64,000 nucleotides of DNA from Oceanispirochaeta sp. GTDB taxonomy: Bacteria > Spirochaetota > Spirochaetia > DSM-2461. The stretch lies in assembly GCA_963666275.2 (NCBI GenBank), contig CAXXOA010000001.1, positions 160,001 to 224,000 of the forward strand, in the 5' to 3' direction. The translations under genes were made by a program, and so were the position numbers. The notes under the pieces were generated by a model. It did not search any database. It was given only the letters and a program-made list of their open reading frames with translations, and was not told the origin of the DNA. Positions 59,263-64,000 of this stretch are shown piece after piece (position 1 is the stretch's first letter; every line of letters begins with the position of its first letter).

Positions 59263-59276
59263 ACTCTTCTCCCTTG

Positions 59277-60101
59277 TCAGTTCATTTCGTATCCGCCGTC
59301 TACATTCATGGTCTGCCCGGTAATGAAGTCGGCTTCGCCTGAACAGAGGAATGAAACGGCCGCTGCAATATCTTCGACGGATCCCGCACGCTTCAGGGGA
59401 ATCTTCTCTATCATCTGCTCTGTTGCTTCTTCGATGGAGATCCCCATTGTTCTGGCTTTTTCTCTAATGCTTTTTTCCCACATGGGGGTAACCACCACGC
59501 TGGGGGATACGGCGTTCACATTGATCCCGTAAGGAGCCAGAGCCATGGCTGCAGACTGGGTGATGCTGATTATGGCCGCCTTACTTGCTGCGTAATGGAC
59601 CTGGAAAGAGCGTCCTCTTCGTCCTGCAATAGACGAGAAATTGACAATTTTTCCGTAACATCTGTCGGCTCTTCCTCTGGCTTCCACGTCATCCGGGATA
59701 TTCCGGATCATTAGTCTGCCCGCAGCCTGGTTTGTGAAGGCTGTCCCTTTCTGATTGATGTCTATGATTCTGTCCCACTCGCTGTGATCGACTTCCAGGA
59801 AGTCCTTGGATTGGACTATTCCGGCTGCATTGACCAGTATGTCCAGGGCTTTCCGCTCCCGGTAAATAGTTTCAGCGGCATCTTCAATGGAATCGGGATC
59901 AGAAACATCGCATCTAAGGGGGATCGCCATGCCTCCGCAGGTTTCTTTCAATTCTTCTGCGGTTTTCTGCAGTTCTGAAGTGTTGATGTCGCTTATATAG
60001 ACGAGGGCTCCGTCCTGTATCAGCCTTCGGGCCGAGGCTTTTCCTATACCCGACGCCGCTCCTGTTACCCAGGCTGTTTTACCTTCAAGTTTCAATGACA
60101 C
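59277..60101 (-). CDS. SDR-family oxidoreductase (sorbitol/acetoin dehydrogenase-like)
   Basis: TGAASGIG, YAASK, TPMWE, ITGQTMNVDGG. Confidence 0.92.
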   Translation of the reverse strand: MSLKLEGKTAWVTGAASGIGKASARRLIQDGALVYISDINTSELQKTAEELKETCGGMAIPLRCDVSDPDSIEDAAETIYRERKALDILVNAAGIVQSKDFLEVDHSEWDRIIDINQKGTAFTNQAAGRLMIRNIPDDVEARGRADRCYGKIVNFSSIAGRRGRSFQVHYAASKAAIISITQSAAMALAPYGINVNAVSPSVVVTPMWEKSIREKARTMGISIEEATEQMIEKIPLKRAGSVEDIAAAVSFLCSGEADFITGQTMNVDGGYEMN

Positions 60102-60163
60102 TGATCCTTTCTCCTTTTGCTGATAAACCGGAGCTCCTCCCGCAGAAGAAGCTCCTTATGTAT

Positions 60164-61171
60164 TTAGTTGGAGCTGTTTGCTACAGCTTTGACCTTCTCG
60201 ATAAACTCTTTACCGATCTGATCTTCATACTGGGCGTAAACCGGCTGCACTCCTTCCTGAAACAGTTTGTGCTGGGCGGGAGTCAGTTTTGTTACGGTCA
60301 TTCCGGATTCCTCCAGTTCGGATACGTACTGATCTGTCAGATTTCTGGTCAGGTCTCTCTGGTAGAGGGTGGCTTCCTTTCCGGCTTCCAGAACGATTTT
60401 CTGTTCTTCGGGGGTGAACTTATCAAAAGTAGCTTTGCTCATAAGAAGCATATGGGGCTGCCAGACATGGCTTGTGAGGGTCATGTAATCCTGAACCTCG
60501 AAAAATTTCTGACTGGAAATGATGGAAACCGGGTTTTCCTGGCCGTCAATGGTTTCCTGCTGCATGGCGGTGAAGACTTCACTGAAGGGCATGGGGGTCG
60601 GGTTTGCTCCCAGAGACTTCCAGGCTGCAAGATGAACCTCGTTTTCCATGGTTCTGATTTTCAGTCCATCCAGATCTGAAGGAGAAATAACGGGTTTGAC
60701 GCTGTTGGTCAGCTGTCTGAATCCTCCGTCGAAGTAGGCAATTACGATAATGCCTTTCTCTTCAAGGCTTTTAGAAAGTTCCGCACCGATCTCTCCGTCG
60801 AGTACTTTGTCTGAAGATTCCGCATTCTGGAACAGAAAAGGCAGGTCGAGAACCTGGAATTTGGGAGCCAGTCCTACGATGGGAGAAGAAGATGTCGTAC
60901 ACATCTCCAGAACGCCCATGCTCACCTGCTCGGTTACGCGGACATCATCCCCGAGCTGAGCATTGCCGTACATCTGCACATCCACGGGAAGTTTTGCCTC
61001 CAGAAGTTCTCCGAACTTCACACATCCCAGATAGGTGGGGTTGGATTCATTGACACCTGTAGCCACTTTCAGGACCCTTGTCCCTGATTCCTGCTGACCG
61101 CTGGTGTATGCATTGGTGATTACCAGAAGCATAGCCAATCCTAAAATAAGTGATCTCATTTGCTTTTTCAT
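60164..61171 (-). CDS. TRAP transporter substrate-binding protein DctP
   Basis: GNAQLG, GLKIRT, EVFTAMQQETIDGQENP; GGAGG RBS before ATG 61171. Confidence 0.92.
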   Translation of the reverse strand: MKKQMRSLILGLAMLLVITNAYTSGQQESGTRVLKVATGVNESNPTYLGCVKFGELLEAKLPVDVQMYGNAQLGDDVRVTEQVSMGVLEMCTTSSSPIVGLAPKFQVLDLPFLFQNAESSDKVLDGEIGAELSKSLEEKGIIVIAYFDGGFRQLTNSVKPVISPSDLDGLKIRTMENEVHLAAWKSLGANPTPMPFSEVFTAMQQETIDGQENPVSIISSQKFFEVQDYMTLTSHVWQPHMLLMSKATFDKFTPEEQKIVLEAGKEATLYQRDLTRNLTDQYVSELEESGMTVTKLTPAQHKLFQEGVQPVYAQYEDQIGKEFIEKVKAVANSSN

Positions 61172-61210
61172 AAAGTCTCCTCCTGACATTTATTAACAAC
61201 TAAAACTCGT

Positions 61211-62491
61211 TTAGTTAGAAACCAGATTGGGGATGAACGTAACGATACCCGGTATGTAGGTTATGATGAACAGGGTTACGATCATGATGATAATGTTGGG
61301 CAGTATGGCTTTGCTGATCTGGGCGACCGAAAGTTTGGATATACTGCATCCCACATATAGGATATTGCCCACGGGGGGGGTGATCAGGCCTATACAGAGG
61401 TTGACGATCATGACAACTCCGAAATAGACAGGGTCCAGACCGAACTGGGTCGTTATCTTGATAAGAATCGGTCCCATGATCAGGAGAGCCGGAGTCAGAT
61501 CGAGAACGCAGCCGATCATCAGCAGAAGTATGTTGATGAAGAACATGAGCAGGATAGGACTGTCTCCTGCCAGAGACAGAAGAGATCTGGACATGAGAGC
61601 GGGAATCTGGGCTGTGGTGATGCTGTAGGCTACGGCCGTGGCGGCGCCGCAAACCAGCATAACCACAGCTGAGTTTTTGGCCGTTTTTACAAGAATGGAT
61701 CTCAGCATGCTGATCTTCAGGTCCTTGTAAACAAACAGTCCGATGAAAAAAGCGTACATCACAGCGATAACCGCTGCTTCGGTCGGCGTGTAAGCTCCTC
61801 CGATAATGCCTCCCAGGATTATCAGCGGAAGCAGAAGAGCCCAGAATGCGCTTTTGGCGGCTTTTCCGAGCTGTCTTAAGTTCAGCTTTCCTTCGGCTTT
61901 GTAATTTTTCTTTTTAGCATGAAAAAACCATCCGAGCATCAATCCGAATCCGATGAGTATTCCCGGGACGATTCCTCCCAGAAAGAGCTTTACAATGGAG
62001 ACGTTGGCAATAACGCCAAAGAGGATCATGGGGATGCTAGGGGGAATTATCGGTCCGATCGTCCCGGCGGCGCAGAAAAGGGCTGTCGCCTTTTCCGGGT
62101 CGTAATCTTCTTTTTCCATAACCGGATAAAGGATAGAGCCGATGGCGGAAGTGTCTGCAACAGCTGAACCGGAGACTCCGGCGAAAAGCATGCTGGCCAT
62201 GACCGTGACATAGCCCAGGCCGCCTCTGATATGGCCAAGCATGGCTCTTGCAAAGTCGACGATTCTTCTGGATATTCCACCGGCGTTCATGAGTTCTCCT
62301 GCCAGCAGGAAGAATGGGACAGCCATCAATGGAAAATTGTCGATCCCTCTGACCACGCTCTGTGTGAGCAGTATGGGAGACAGGTTTCCCATGGCATTCA
62401 TGAGGACACCTCCCGTCAGAATCAGAGAAAACGAAATAGGGATGGATAATGCGATTAATGCGAAAAGGGTCACCAGGAAGAGCGCTAGCAT
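61211..62491 (-). CDS. TRAP transporter large permease DctM
   Basis: AVPFFLLAGELM, GSAVADTS, IIPPSIPM, TPTEAA. Confidence 0.93.
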   Translation of the reverse strand: MLALFLVTLFALIALSIPISFSLILTGGVLMNAMGNLSPILLTQSVVRGIDNFPLMAVPFFLLAGELMNAGGISRRIVDFARAMLGHIRGGLGYVTVMASMLFAGVSGSAVADTSAIGSILYPVMEKEDYDPEKATALFCAAGTIGPIIPPSIPMILFGVIANVSIVKLFLGGIVPGILIGFGLMLGWFFHAKKKNYKAEGKLNLRQLGKAAKSAFWALLLPLIILGGIIGGAYTPTEAAVIAVMYAFFIGLFVYKDLKISMLRSILVKTAKNSAVVMLVCGAATAVAYSITTAQIPALMSRSLLSLAGDSPILLMFFINILLLMIGCVLDLTPALLIMGPILIKITTQFGLDPVYFGVVMIVNLCIGLITPPVGNILYVGCSISKLSVAQISKAILPNIIIMIVTLFIITYIPGIVTFIPNLVSN

Positions 62492-62985
62492 AGGACGGCC
62501 TCCTTCCGGGCGGAGATGATGTCGGTAAATGAGTTGGCTATCTTTCCAAGGGCCATGATGACCAGGCAGACCCCTGTAATAGGAACAATCATATAGATTA
62601 TGCCGTAGGGTATGCCGCTGGCGGGAGCTGTCCAGCCGCTCCGGAGAGTGTTTCCTGTAAGAAGGATCCCTCCGTAGGTGAGCAGGGAAAGCGCTGCCGC
62701 AGACAGGATGTAGGAAAGCAGTACAATGTAGCGGCTGGCTTTTTCGGGAAGAGCCTTGACCAGTACGTCCAGGCCCAGGTGGCCGTCATCCGTATAGGCC
62801 AGAACAGCTCCGATAAATACCACGAATATCAGGAGAAACCTGGATCCTTCTTCTGTCCAGGGAATGGAAATGTTTAAAAAATAGCGGGAAAGGACATTCA
62901 GAAAAACAATGAGTGTCATCCCGGTCATGAGAACAGCCAGAACAGTTTCCAGGAAAAATTCGAGTTTCCGGATTATCTGTTTCAT
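62485..62985 (-). CDS. TRAP transporter small permease DctQ
   Basis: NVLSRY, WTEEGSRFL, HLGLD. Confidence 0.92.
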   Translation of the reverse strand: MKQIIRKLEFFLETVLAVLMTGMTLIVFLNVLSRYFLNISIPWTEEGSRFLLIFVVFIGAVLAYTDDGHLGLDVLVKALPEKASRYIVLLSYILSAAALSLLTYGGILLTGNTLRSGWTAPASGIPYGIIYMIVPITGVCLVIMALGKIANSFTDIISARKEAVLC

Positions 62986-63022
62986 AAAATTATCCCCCTT
63001 TTTGTCTGTCAGATTTTTTTAA

Positions 63023-63691
63023 TCACCCTGAGATCCAGTTTCTGTCTCCATAGGAAGCGCTCCAGGCTTTCTGGAAGGAGTCCCAGCGGTCCTGAGTAAA
63101 GTTGTTGTTGAGAAACTGTTTCCATAGTCCGTAGGCGCAGGTGGATTCATCTGCTCCGTAGATGTATCCGTCCACTATCTGGCTGATGCTCCTGGCTGCG
63201 GTCATTACTTTGGTATTGAGTCCTCTTTTTTTGTATACCTCAACAGTGTTCTGCAGCAGATCTCCTACGGGTTGTTCGCTTACCTCTCCCAGCAGACCGA
63301 CGAATATGGCTACATGGTCTACGCCCACTGCGCCGACGGCAATTGCCTCAATGACCGAATGAACACAGGTTGCACAGACCGGAATTCCTGCCTGTTTCAG
63401 CAGTTTCATACCTCCGATTCCGTTTTCATTGGTGATGACTTTTACGGTGATATTGTCAGATACGGAAGCCAGGGCTTTCCCTTCCTCCAGGATTTCCCGG
63501 GGGGAGTCTGATATCACCTGAGCGAATACGGGAAGGTCGGGCACCATGCGGCATATTTCGGTTAATGCATCCTTGAAATTGTATTTTTCTTTTGCGACCA
63601 TCGCAGGATTCATTGTTATACCGCCCAGATGGGCCCACTCTTTTGCTTCTTCGATTTCGGATAAATTGCAGGAATTTAAAAACAGCCTCAT
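63023..63691 (-). CDS. Fructose-6-phosphate aldolase/transaldolase-fold protein with non-canonical active site
   Basis: FLNSC, GITMNP, FAQV, TVKV (Schiff-base Lys), FQKAW C-terminal helix. Confidence 0.82.
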   Translation of the reverse strand: MRLFLNSCNLSEIEEAKEWAHLGGITMNPAMVAKEKYNFKDALTEICRMVPDLPVFAQVISDSPREILEEGKALASVSDNITVKVITNENGIGGMKLLKQAGIPVCATCVHSVIEAIAVGAVGVDHVAIFVGLLGEVSEQPVGDLLQNTVEVYKKRGLNTKVMTAARSISQIVDGYIYGADESTCAYGLWKQFLNNNFTQDRWDSFQKAWSASYGDRNWISG

Positions 63692-63791
63692 TTTATTACC
63701 TCTTCTCTTCTTTTTTTTGGATTTACAGGAAATTGCAGATAACCCTTTTTTTATAGTTGCATGAAGGTTTCATATTGGTTTATCTAATTTG

Positions 63792-63821
63792 ATTATATTT
63801 CAACAAAATTGAATCTGTCAA
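63792..63821 (-). promoter_or_regulatory. Sigma70 promoter of the aldolase-TRAP operon with operator in the spacer
   Basis: TTGACA, 18 nt, TATAAT; + strand TTCAACAAAATTGAA at 63799-63813. Confidence 0.75.
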
Positions 63822-63948
63822 ACTATATTTTCAAAAATAATTTTTGTTTTATATCAGATCTCTTATTCTGATACATTATGATTGTATTTTATATAGTATT
63901 ATATTGTAGATAATTAAAGTTGTTTTCGATTGGGATGGCTAAAAAACG

Positions 63949-63977
63949 TTGACAGTTCAACAATGTTGAATCAAAAT
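63949..63977 (+). promoter_or_regulatory. Divergent promoter with operator in the spacer, facing a gene beyond the window
   Basis: TTGACA (63949-63954), 17 nt, CAAAAT; TTCAACAATGTTGAA at 63956-63970. Confidence 0.65.
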
Positions 63978-64000
63978 ATATCTCATAGATTTGTTATATG

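Noticed and set aside
63023..63691. This aldolase as the missing FsaA of the GRE pathway, or as a sulfofructose transaldolase
   Set aside because: It lacks the phosphate-binding Arg and Asp6, is under a different operator 30 kb away, and no sulfoquinovose isomerase or sulfoquinovosidase is present
1..64000. CRISPR arrays, tRNA/rRNA, IS elements, riboswitches, defence systems
   Set aside because: I recognised no spaced repeat arrays, RNA-gene signatures, transposases or defence domains; an Infernal/Rfam scan would be needed to exclude small RNAs in the AT-rich intergenic regions

Overview
Carbohydrate-catabolism-rich region of an anaerobic or facultative bacterium, most likely a free-living spirochaete (inferred from the GGQKE/GGQSE/NGSSE-type N-termini of the binding proteins and the HTH-EIIA fusion). 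I found no rRNA, tRNA, CRISPR array, transposase or integrase. (1) About 4-34.7 kb: a dispersed regulon marked by five tandem pairs of a TTTCATATGAAA-like palindrome spaced 21-22 bp. It links two YciT-like DeoR regulators, two glycyl radical enzymes (PflD-like and YbiW-like) with their activases, a glucose-type ABC importer plus ROK kinase, a GMC oxidoreductase, a Gfo/Idh/MocA dehydrogenase, an RmlD-like reductase and an RPE-fold protein with altered metal ligands. This is a candidate extended, PTS-independent radical anhydrosugar pathway. (2) 14.4-21.6 kb: a separate LacI/ABC/mutarotase/isomerase module. (3) 34.7-43.9 kb: an AT-rich rare-sugar island (D-psicose 3-epimerase, polyol dehydrogenases, FGGY kinase) bounded by a direct repeat of the DeoR 3' end. 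(4) An 802-aa GNAT/alpha-oxoamine-synthase fusion. (5) A TTT transporter-sulfatase operon. (6) 52.4-64 kb: two paralogous XRE-cupin/TRAP modules that share promoter and operator. One has an FSA/transaldolase-fold enzyme with a non-canonical active site and the other keeps only a pseudogenised fragment of it. Family assignments come from motif recognition and recalled reference sequences, not from database searches.
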